Shown here piece after piece: positions 46,936 to 55,018 of a DNA stretch of 58,365 nt (position 1 is the stretch's first letter; every line of letters begins with the position of its first letter). The stretch spans positions 1-58,365 of the forward strand of contig JAYZYW010000042.1 of the NCBI GenBank assembly GCA_036139835.1, written 5' to 3'. A program made the position numbers and the translations under genes. Source of the stretch: Bacteroidota bacterium. GTDB lineage: Bacteria; Bacteroidota; Bacteroidia; Flavobacteriales; BACL11. A model generated the notes under the pieces. That model worked only from the letters and a program-made list of their open reading frames with translations. It made no database searches and had not been told where the DNA came from.

Positions 46936-49188
46936 TTATTTTATTTTTATCACTTTTGCTATCTGATTTTTATCTTTCAAAGATATAAAATAAACTCCTG
47001 AATCCCAAGTTGATGTTTGTATTCGATTTGTACTTTTTGAAATATAAATGGGTTTTCCTAACACATCTCTAACTTCAATCTTGTCTTCTTCTTTCAAATA
47101 TAAAATATCAGTAAAAGGATTTGGATAGATTATTACTTCCCCACTTATATCTTCAATTGAATTAGGGAAGTCATTATTTGCCTTAAAAGTTGGTATTAAC
47201 ATTGTAAACGATCCAAATCCATTAGGACTTCTGCCATAAGCTATATCATCTAATTGAGAAAGATAAGTGATAGAATCAATAACTGAACTATCAGAGTTAG
47301 ATAAAATAAGTGATTCTCCAAAATTAGACAATTGAAAATTTGCATGCTCTTCACCCTGATTTCCATCCTCATCAGCCCAAATAATAAAATAAGTGTTAGG
47401 TTGGATAATATGGTTAGGTAAATTCCATTTATGAAGGTAAGCAAGCGTATCTGTTATAAATAACCCATTTGTAGAAATTGGAGAAGAAGTTGTATTATAC
47501 AGCTCAATCCAATCTTCATATTTTCCGCTATTATCAGTTATTGTACTTATATTATTGGACATAACTTCATTTATAACTAAATCTCCTGGCTGAATAGTAG
47601 TTTGAATAGTATAGTACTGATAAGCAGCTCTTACTGGAGAGAAAACCCCACAAGAATCATTATCAGCATACAAATAGTAATCTAATGAGTTACTACAATT
47701 ACTTATTTTACATCCATAAATACCATCACCTGATATGCCGTCATTATGGTTGCCATCATCATACATTTCTACTGATTTAAATCGTTCATTTTTTCCAAAT
47801 CGATAAACTAGCTTTGTAAAAATTGCATCTATAACTTCTGCTGTTATCCAAATATCATCTCCTAATGTGAAATTTTGAGGAAAGTAAGCGATATTGGAAA
47901 TTGTAGGCTCACCTGAATACCCTAAATATGAGCTTAAATAAGATGAGCGACTATCCATTAATTGAGTAACACCTGGACAAATTGATGCCACTAATGAAAC
48001 TTGACTTGTAAGGTTTGTTGTAAAGTCAGAATAAGTATAAAATTTATTTGTATCATTTTGCACATCCTGATCAATTAGATTCTGCAAGGACTGACCTCTT
48101 ACAAAATAATCTTGATTTACAAAATTCTCTTCCATTATTGTACGAATATGTGCTAAATACATTTTACGATTTCTTTCATTTTCGAACAATTTTTTCAAAA
48201 GTGGCCTTGGAGCTACAGAAAAAAAACTATGATGAGTTAGTGGGTCCATATTCTGAGCTTGAATAATATCAAAACCATTAAAATATTGTTGTGAAGCATC
48301 TGTTAATCTAAAACCACCAAACGACATATTTAAATCCCAAATTATTGGATTCCACTGATTTGCTTGATCTTTATACAAATAATAATTTTGTCCATATCCT
48401 ATATAGGAATCAAAATTTATCATAGAATAATTTAATGCATGCATCCATAAAGTTCTATCAACATTTAACAAATGATGAATACTATCTGCAAAATTATTTA
48501 ATGTATCTATCAGGTTATACAACTCTTCCCAACCATAAGCAGATTTAAGAGAATAAAATGGATAATAGTCACTACTATCAGTACCATGAGTGTTGCTTAA
48601 ATTAGCATTCTCTCCACCAATTTGAATATTTAAATTTTCAGGATTACATTTAAAAAATGAATTATACTTACTGTCAAAATGATCAATCAGAAAACTTTTA
48701 TTTACTGCTTCAACATTAGTGTATAAACCCCATAAAGTATCATTAATATAAATATTTGCATAATTTGCCTGTGATGCTGGCATGTATTTACGGCATACTT
48801 CATAAGTAAGGATTTCCCGGATAAAGGAAGGGTCCTGTATAACATTGGAAAGTTTAAGTTTGTCTACTCCTTGATGGTCTTGTCCTTCAATTATATAATC
48901 TAACTTAATATTAAAGGGATTTTTAAGTCGATTTACACTAACAGAACTGAATCCTTTATATCTAACACCAACACTATCATATTGATTGCCATCTATTTCA
49001 ATATCAGCTAAAATTCTATCATTATCACCTTGTACATATAGACTATCTAAAAGATAATCCCAATTTGTATTATAAAAACTAATCCGAATCTCTCTTACAC
49101 TATCAGTATCATAAAAACTATTTTGTGAAAATGAATTATAACAAAACAATAATAAAAGCATACAAATAAGAAGTCGTTTTAATAACAT
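46936..49188 (-). CDS. CotH kinase family protein with a lamin-tail domain and a T9SS C-terminal sorting domain (paralogue of 43452-45662)
   Basis: 750 aa. The architecture is the same. VGVRYKGFSS...NPFNIKLDY...LKLSNVIQDPSFIREILTYEVCRKYMPASQANYANIYI...WDLNMSFG. LTD LVINEVMSNN...EDWIELYN...LFITD. Tail IIYPNPFTDILYL...GVYFISL. Confidence 0.85.
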   Translation of the reverse strand: MLLKRLLICMLLLLFCYNSFSQNSFYDTDSVREIRISFYNTNWDYLLDSLYVQGDNDRILADIEIDGNQYDSVGVRYKGFSSVSVNRLKNPFNIKLDYIIEGQDHQGVDKLKLSNVIQDPSFIREILTYEVCRKYMPASQANYANIYINDTLWGLYTNVEAVNKSFLIDHFDSKYNSFFKCNPENLNIQIGGENANLSNTHGTDSSDYYPFYSLKSAYGWEELYNLIDTLNNFADSIHHLLNVDRTLWMHALNYSMINFDSYIGYGQNYYLYKDQANQWNPIIWDLNMSFGGFRLTDASQQYFNGFDIIQAQNMDPLTHHSFFSVAPRPLLKKLFENERNRKMYLAHIRTIMEENFVNQDYFVRGQSLQNLIDQDVQNDTNKFYTYSDFTTNLTSQVSLVASICPGVTQLMDSRSSYLSSYLGYSGEPTISNIAYFPQNFTLGDDIWITAEVIDAIFTKLVYRFGKNERFKSVEMYDDGNHNDGISGDGIYGCKISNCSNSLDYYLYADNDSCGVFSPVRAAYQYYTIQTTIQPGDLVINEVMSNNISTITDNSGKYEDWIELYNTTSSPISTNGLFITDTLAYLHKWNLPNHIIQPNTYFIIWADEDGNQGEEHANFQLSNFGESLILSNSDSSVIDSITYLSQLDDIAYGRSPNGFGSFTMLIPTFKANNDFPNSIEDISGEVIIYPNPFTDILYLKEEDKIEVRDVLGKPIYISKSTNRIQTSTWDSGVYFISLKDKNQIAKVIKIK

Positions 49189-49193
49189 TATAT

Positions 49194-50771
49194 TTACTTA
49201 ATATACGATATACGTCTTGAATCTATTTTCCCAGAGTTATGAATTATATTAAGCATGTATATTCCTTCTGAATATTCACTGAAATCTACTTTTAAAATGA
49301 TTTCACCTACTTCATTAATCAACTTATTATATACAGGTTGACCTAAAATGTTAGAAATACTAATTGCATTAATTTTACTTGCAGATTGATTCATTACTAT
49401 ATTAATTGATCCATTTGTTGGATTAGGAGACACAGAGATTATATCATTAATATCATTAATACTAGTTGCAGTAAAACAAGATGTTGTTGCAGTATTCATA
49501 TAAGTTTCAAGTGCTATAATACCAGGATAATCACATTCATATCGGAAGCCTTTTTGTGAATCTGCATTATAAGGACCCCAAATTATTTGTTCAGTTACTG
49601 CATCTACCTCATACATAACTCCAGCACCTCCTTGCCCTCCAGAAGCATTAACATATATATTTCCATTTGACATTCTATCAGAAGCAGATTGACCACTAGA
49701 AGAATAAGCACACTCATATCTTGTAGTATATGAGCTAGGAGCAAATGCTTGTCCAGGAACTCTCAGATAAGTATTTGTTACTGCATCCCAAGGAGTATCA
49801 ATACCATCAATTGCTGACACATTATTACTAACACCACTATTATTAAATATTTGCAAATACCCTCCGTTTGGTCTTCCATCATCAGTAATCCAACGAGCAT
49901 CATGTACAGCATTGTCAATAACTTGTGCTCCTGACATACCATAATTTGAAGGATTCCCCCATCTATATAATATATCTCCACCCATACCAGAATTTCCTCC
50001 AGAATGAGATGCCGCTTGAGCAGTTGTAGTACTATGATCAATTATATAAATTTCAGATGCAAACCTTGAAGAAAATACAATTTGATCTAAATCCTCATTA
50101 TAATCAACTCCATTAACATGAAACCAATCACCTCCACCACCACCAGGGCCTCCGCCTCCCTGAATCATATTTATATCTATTAGTTCAGGGTTGTCTGAAA
50201 TGTTTGAAATATAATTAGGTCCATTAGGATCTATATTTTGACACATGTGATCCCAGATATGCCATTCCCATACTATATTTGCTCCACCATTGCCGTCTGG
50301 TTCTAATTCAACAAAATGAGTTGGCCATTTTTCAGAACTAGCATTATCAAATCCTGCAGCATTTAACTCTGTAGTAGTCTTTTTCTCATAAGCTGTTAAT
50401 AAAACATTATCACCAATTAATGTCAAATCATGGTGACTGACATGATCATTATTTGCATATATATATTCCCACACAATAGTGCCATCTGGAGCAATTTCTT
50501 GCACCATACCACCTCCAGCAGCTATATTTCCAGAACTAAATACACTAGTATTTCCTTTAGTTCCTCTTACTAAATTTCCATTCTCTTTTAAAGCTACAGT
50601 ATAGTTACATTCTGTGCTCATATTCCATGTATGAGCAATATTCTGATTCTCATCAATTAAATAGGTTGTATTTGATCCCTGAGAATTGTATAGCGCAAAC
50701 CCATTAAAAGATTGTCCATTAACAAATATTGATGAAGCAAATAATGTTAATACGAATAGTGTTGTTTTCAT
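49194..50771 (-). CDS. Arylsulfotransferase-like (ASST-type beta-propeller) secreted protein with a T9SS sorting domain
   Basis: The track ORF starts at 50852, but that overlaps mazG. ATG 50771 gives a clean signal peptide (MKTTLFVLTLFASSIFVNGQ). WEWHIWDH and DWFHVNGVDY...SSRFASEIYIIDH resemble ASST family motifs. The tail is VSPNPTNGSINIV...GIYMLNI. Confidence 0.55.
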   Translation of the reverse strand: MKTTLFVLTLFASSIFVNGQSFNGFALYNSQGSNTTYLIDENQNIAHTWNMSTECNYTVALKENGNLVRGTKGNTSVFSSGNIAAGGGMVQEIAPDGTIVWEYIYANNDHVSHHDLTLIGDNVLLTAYEKKTTTELNAAGFDNASSEKWPTHFVELEPDGNGGANIVWEWHIWDHMCQNIDPNGPNYISNISDNPELIDINMIQGGGGPGGGGGDWFHVNGVDYNEDLDQIVFSSRFASEIYIIDHSTTTAQAASHSGGNSGMGGDILYRWGNPSNYGMSGAQVIDNAVHDARWITDDGRPNGGYLQIFNNSGVSNNVSAIDGIDTPWDAVTNTYLRVPGQAFAPSSYTTRYECAYSSSGQSASDRMSNGNIYVNASGGQGGAGVMYEVDAVTEQIIWGPYNADSQKGFRYECDYPGIIALETYMNTATTSCFTATSINDINDIISVSPNPTNGSINIVMNQSASKINAISISNILGQPVYNKLINEVGEIILKVDFSEYSEGIYMLNIIHNSGKIDSRRISYIK

Positions 50772-50790
50772 TTTTTTGTTTTGATTTAAG

Positions 50791-51585
50791 TTATTTGTTA
50801 ATATTAAAATATTCTGAAGAATATATTTTTTTAGCCTGATTCCAATAAACATCCATTTGCTCCAAATTCATTTGATCTAAAGATAAACTCTCTTTTTCAA
50901 TTAAATTCTCCATAATCTGAAAACGTTTAATAAAACGCTTATTTGTTCTTTCTAATGCATCCTCTGGATTTACACTAATAAAGCGTGAATAATTAGTTAG
51001 TGCAAAAAGAAGATCTCCAAATTCTTCTTCTATTCTATTTTTGTCACCTTTCTCTACCTCAATTTTTAATTCTTCTAATTCTTCCAAAACTTTATCCCAT
51101 ACTTGTGATTTATCATCCCAATCAAAACCAATACCTCTTACTTTCTCTTGAATACGAAATGATTTCACTATAGCTGGCAAAGATTTTGGAACACCTTCCA
51201 AAACAGATTTCTTCCCCTCCTTCATTTTTAGTTTTTCCCAATTCTTTTTAACTTCAACTTCATCCTTTACCTTTACATCTCCATAAATATGAGGATGTCT
51301 ATGAACTAATTTATCACAAACAGAATTAATGACATCTGAAATATCAAAATCATTAGTTTCAGAAGCAATCCTAGAATAAAAAACAATATGCAAAAGAATA
51401 TCTCCTAACTCATTCTTAACATCTTCCATATCTTTATCTAATATAGCATCTGAGAGTTCATATAACTCCTCAATTGTTAAGTAACGTAGACTATCCATAG
51501 TTTGCTTCTTATCCCAAGGGCATTGCTCGCGTAACTCATCCATAATTGTAAGTAAGCGATCAAAAGCTTTTGTTTTATTTTCCAT
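50791..51585 (-). CDS. mazG: Nucleoside triphosphate pyrophosphohydrolase MazG
   Basis: 264 aa. Tandem MazG domains (CPWDKKQT, EELYEL, ELGDILLHIV; second copy EEFGDLLFAL). Confidence 0.92.
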   Translation of the reverse strand: MENKTKAFDRLLTIMDELREQCPWDKKQTMDSLRYLTIEELYELSDAILDKDMEDVKNELGDILLHIVFYSRIASETNDFDISDVINSVCDKLVHRHPHIYGDVKVKDEVEVKKNWEKLKMKEGKKSVLEGVPKSLPAIVKSFRIQEKVRGIGFDWDDKSQVWDKVLEELEELKIEVEKGDKNRIEEEFGDLLFALTNYSRFISVNPEDALERTNKRFIKRFQIMENLIEKESLSLDQMNLEQMDVYWNQAKKIYSSEYFNINK

Positions 51586-51604
51586 TTATCTATTAATTAA
51601 AGCA

Positions 51605-51612
51605 CAAACATA
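51605..51612 (-). promoter_or_regulatory. -7 promoter box (TATGTTTG) for mazG and the downstream operon
   Basis: Exact TAnnTTTG match on the minus strand, 19 nt upstream of the mazG ATG. Confidence 0.4.
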
Positions 51613-51620
51613 ATACAATA

Positions 51621-51660
51621 GATTTTTTATTGTTGATTTTTTATTGTTGATTTTTTATTA
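51621..51660. repeat. 14-bp tandem repeat gattttttattgtt, about 2.8 copies
   Basis: Read directly: 51621-51634 and 51635-51648 are identical, and 51649-51660 is a partial third copy. It lies in the divergent intergenic region between mazG and the 51692 gene. Confidence 0.9.
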
Positions 51661-51666
51661 CGTTTG
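51659..51666 (+). promoter_or_regulatory. -7 promoter box (TACGTTTG) for the 51692 gene
   Basis: Exact TAnnTTTG match 25 nt upstream of the ATG. It overlaps the end of the tandem repeat. Confidence 0.4.
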
Positions 51667-51691
51667 TAGTCTATTTTAAAATTTAGCTCTT

Positions 51692-53716
51692 ATGAAAAAA
51701 AAAATACTTACTCTATTAGCTTTAGGATTTTCATCAGTAATGACAGGACAGATATTCGTTAACACAAATCCCGAAAATAAAAAAATTATACTTGAAGAAT
51801 TCACAGGAATTGATTGTCCTAATTGTCCTGACGGACACCTTCAAGCAACACAAATTCATGATCAAAATCTAGGTAATGTTTTCCTAATTAATATTCATTC
51901 TGGCTCTTATTCAGTACCAGATGCTAGTGGGGATTTAGATTTTAGGAGCTCTTTCGGAGATGCATTGGACAATCAAAGTAATCTTGCTGGTTATCCAGCA
52001 GCAACAGTAAATAGACATGTATTTCCTGCATTATCAATGAATACTGGAGGAACTGCAATGAGTAGAACTGGTGGAGCTTGGTTTACTGCTGCTGGAGAGA
52101 TATTAGCCCAACCATCATGTGTTAATGTAGCTGCTGAAGCGACTCTAGACATTAGTACTAGAGAGCTGACTGTAATTGTTGAAGCATATTATACAGACAA
52201 TAGCATTGTATCAGCAAATAAGATCCATGTTGCATTATTACAAAATAATATAGAAGGGCCGCAAAGTGGTGCTTCAGCAAATCCATCGCAGGTTCTTGCA
52301 AATGGAAATTATAATCATCAACATATGTTAAGACATTTGTTAACAGGACAATGGGGAGATACTATTTCAAGCACATCTACAGGCTCCTTTTTCACTAACA
52401 CATATACCTATACCATACCGCAAATGTTAGATTTTGATGCTAGTGATAGTTATAATGGAACCATTTATGATTTATTTAATTTGGAGATTATTGTTTTTAT
52501 TTCCGAAGGTAATCAAGAAATCTTAAGTGGCAATATGGCGAATATAACGCATATAGTTCCTCCAGGAGTCAATTTAATTGATTTAAGTTCGGCTACTAAT
52601 ATGACTATGCCAACATCATTATGCGATAATAATATTACTCCTGAAATTACTATAACTAACAATAGTGCAATGGTTGTAGACACTTTTGAAGTGAGTTATA
52701 CTTTAAACTCAAATGCACCTATTACACAACCAGTTTATACTTCACTTGCTGCTGGTGCTTCAACAAATATTACATTTCCAACTATTACGATTCCTTCAGG
52801 AACCAACAATATTACTTACAGTGCTAATACACTAAGTGGAACCTCATATATTGATAATGTGCCAAATAATAACATTATCAGCTCAGGAAGTTTTAATATT
52901 ATCTCTCCTACTGCATTTTCAACTTCTCATACAGAAGGATTTGAAGGTTATGCTAACCAAACACCAGCACCAAATAATGCTTTACTTCTAAATCCTCAAG
53001 GACGTAGGGTATTCATTGTTGATGCAACATGGGGAGGACCAAATTCTGGAGGATATGGTAATAGCCACAATGCTTTTAGGTGGTCATTTGTTGATCAGTC
53101 ATTTGGTAGTGGAGATTATGCTGAACTAGTTTTTGAAAAACTTGATTTCTCTAGTTCAATAGGAAATGAAATAACATACTCATATGCGCATCAGCAAGCC
53201 ACTGGTTTTGACAATAATAAATTACAAGTTCTAGTTTCTACTGATTGTGGTGATACATGGAATTTAGCATCTGAACTTGCAGGAACTGAGCTAGCAACTA
53301 CTACCAATACAGGTACCAACTCAGCTTTTTATCCAACTGCTTCTGATTGGGCAACAGATATTATAGACTTAAGTACTTATGATGGAAATTCTGATGTAAT
53401 GATTGCTTTAAAAGGAATCTGTGAAGGTGGTAATAATTTGTATATAGATGATATTGTGATTGATGAAGCTCCTATAACAGTAGTAAATGAACATAAAAAA
53501 AATATTAGTGTTTATCCTAATCCAGTAAAAAATTTATTAACTATTGAGGGTGCTTATACTTCAATTGATGTATTTGATATGTTTGGGAAATTAGTTTTAT
53601 CATCAGAATATACTAAGAATATTAACATCTCCTCATTGAGTGATGGTATTTATGTTATAAATATCTCTAAAAGAGATGAAACTATAATTAAGAAGATAAC
53701 AATCACTAAGCGATAA
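51692..53716 (+). CDS. Omp28-related (thioredoxin-fold, CxxC) surface protein with a T9SS sorting domain
   Basis: 674 aa. Signal peptide. The EEFTGIDCPNCPDGH motif is typical of Omp28-related proteins. It has Ig-like middle domains and a jelly-roll-like domain (NNLYIDDIVIDE). The tail is ISVYPNPVKNLLTIEG...GIYVINI. Confidence 0.6.
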   Translation: MKKKILTLLALGFSSVMTGQIFVNTNPENKKIILEEFTGIDCPNCPDGHLQATQIHDQNLGNVFLINIHSGSYSVPDASGDLDFRSSFGDALDNQSNLAGYPAATVNRHVFPALSMNTGGTAMSRTGGAWFTAAGEILAQPSCVNVAAEATLDISTRELTVIVEAYYTDNSIVSANKIHVALLQNNIEGPQSGASANPSQVLANGNYNHQHMLRHLLTGQWGDTISSTSTGSFFTNTYTYTIPQMLDFDASDSYNGTIYDLFNLEIIVFISEGNQEILSGNMANITHIVPPGVNLIDLSSATNMTMPTSLCDNNITPEITITNNSAMVVDTFEVSYTLNSNAPITQPVYTSLAAGASTNITFPTITIPSGTNNITYSANTLSGTSYIDNVPNNNIISSGSFNIISPTAFSTSHTEGFEGYANQTPAPNNALLLNPQGRRVFIVDATWGGPNSGGYGNSHNAFRWSFVDQSFGSGDYAELVFEKLDFSSSIGNEITYSYAHQQATGFDNNKLQVLVSTDCGDTWNLASELAGTELATTTNTGTNSAFYPTASDWATDIIDLSTYDGNSDVMIALKGICEGGNNLYIDDIVIDEAPITVVNEHKKNISVYPNPVKNLLTIEGAYTSIDVFDMFGKLVLSSEYTKNINISSLSDGIYVINISKRDETIIKKITITKR

Positions 53717-53770
53717 AACTATTATACTGTAAATAGGGCTAAATCCTAGTTTTACTCAAAATTATTTGCA

Positions 53771-53974
53771 ATGTCATTTTCAACCATATTCTTTATTACT
53801 CTCTTGATGCTTTCCTTTGCATTTGCTGGCATTGGCGTAAAGATACTACTAAAAAAAAATGCTAAATTTACTGGAACATGTGCTAGTCAAAGTCCATTTC
53901 TAAATAAAGAAGAAGAATCTTGTGGATTATGTGGCGCAAAGCCTGAGGAAAAATGTAAAAATGAAGAAGTCTAA
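53771..53974 (+). CDS. Small single-TM, four-cysteine protein; candidate NqrM-like Na+-NQR maturation factor
   Basis: 67 aa. N-terminal TM helix, then GTCAS-x13-C-x2-C-x7-C. Size, topology and Cys pattern resemble NqrM (DUF539). It is adjacent to apbE-nqr but convergent with them. Confidence 0.45.
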   Translation: MSFSTIFFITLLMLSFAFAGIGVKILLKKNAKFTGTCASQSPFLNKEEESCGLCGAKPEEKCKNEEV

Positions 53975-54969
53975 TTAATAATTCTCTCTAACATTTTGGA
54001 GCTAATATAAGTTTCCCAATCCCCATCTTTTCCTGTATATACTAAATACACTTCAATTTCAGGATGTAATTTTGCAAACTGTTTGCTTTTTCTGATTCCC
54101 ATAACCATAAAAGCTGTAGCATATGCATCTGCTAACATACAATTATCATGTATAACTGTCACACTCAATAATCTGTTGTTAGCAGGAAAAGCTGTAAAAG
54201 GGTCTATTGTATGCGCATATTTAACTCCATCTTTTTCATAAAATTTACGGTAGTTACCTGAAGTAGCTAAAGCCTTATTCTCTAAATCAAGGATAAATAG
54301 AAAACGGTCATTATTATTAATATTATCGGCTGGCTTATCAATTCCAACTCTCCAGATATTTCCATCTGCATTTTTCCCTTTAGCCAAAAGCTCACCACCC
54401 ACTTCAACCAGATAATTACTATCCCCTTTACTTTCTAAAAACTGAGCAATTACATCAACTGTATAACCTTGAGCAATTGAATTAAAATCTAATGACATTC
54501 CTTTAGGTAATACTAATGAATCAGCTATCAAACTAACTTTTTCAAAACCAACAAATTGTAAAATATTTCTAAATTTTAAAGAATCAATTATTATGGAATC
54601 TACAAATTGATTATCATAAAACCCCCAAGCTTTTACTAATGGATATGTTGAACAATCAAACTTACCTTCACTTTCCAAGAAGACCTTTTTGGCTGCCATA
54701 AAAACAGTATTAAATAAAGTATCTGTTCTAACATCATCACCTTTATTTAATTTTGAAATAAGTGAGTAATCCTTATAAATTGAGAGTGAACTATCTATCT
54801 CTAGAAAAATACTATCAATCTGTAATCGATAGTTCTCCCCATGCTCAGAAAGGTACTGAATATGAAAATAACTTCCTTGCACCTCCCCTGAATTTTTAAC
54901 TAAAATTCTATGATCAGAATGTGAACATGCACATAAAATCAAAATGAATAAATAAAAAATATTTCTCAT
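53971..54969 (-). CDS. apbE: FAD:protein FMN transferase ApbE (lipoprotein)
   Basis: The track start at 54990 is TTG. ATG 54969 gives MRNIFYLFILILCACS with a lipobox. GYTVD, ALATSGNY and HTIDP motifs. Confidence 0.9.
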   Translation of the reverse strand: MRNIFYLFILILCACSHSDHRILVKNSGEVQGSYFHIQYLSEHGENYRLQIDSIFLEIDSSLSIYKDYSLISKLNKGDDVRTDTLFNTVFMAAKKVFLESEGKFDCSTYPLVKAWGFYDNQFVDSIIIDSLKFRNILQFVGFEKVSLIADSLVLPKGMSLDFNSIAQGYTVDVIAQFLESKGDSNYLVEVGGELLAKGKNADGNIWRVGIDKPADNINNNDRFLFILDLENKALATSGNYRKFYEKDGVKYAHTIDPFTAFPANNRLLSVTVIHDNCMLADAYATAFMVMGIRKSKQFAKLHPEIEVYLVYTGKDGDWETYISSKMLERIIN

Positions 54970-55018
54970 AGGAAATAATAATTGTGGCAAAAAATAAATA
55001 TTATTAGTTTATTATACC

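Noticed and set aside
50129-50160. GC-rich patch that might be a structured RNA or a recombination site
   Set aside because: It is in frame and encodes the Gly/Pro run GGGGPGGGGG of the ASST-like protein, which explains the composition.
50772-50852. 27-codon N-terminal extension of the ASST-like ORF into mazG
   Set aside because: The extension precedes a perfect signal peptide that starts at the internal Met. It would also overlap mazG by 62 nt.
51621-51660. Possible CRISPR-like or minisatellite array
   Set aside because: It has only 2.8 directly abutting 14-bp units, with no spacers and no cas genes. I kept it as a simple tandem repeat in a promoter region.
51692-51706. A10 homopolymer right after the ATG as a phase-variation slippage tract
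   Set aside because: It encodes the Lys run of an ordinary signal peptide n-region (MKKKI). Similar A-runs are common throughout this AT-rich window.
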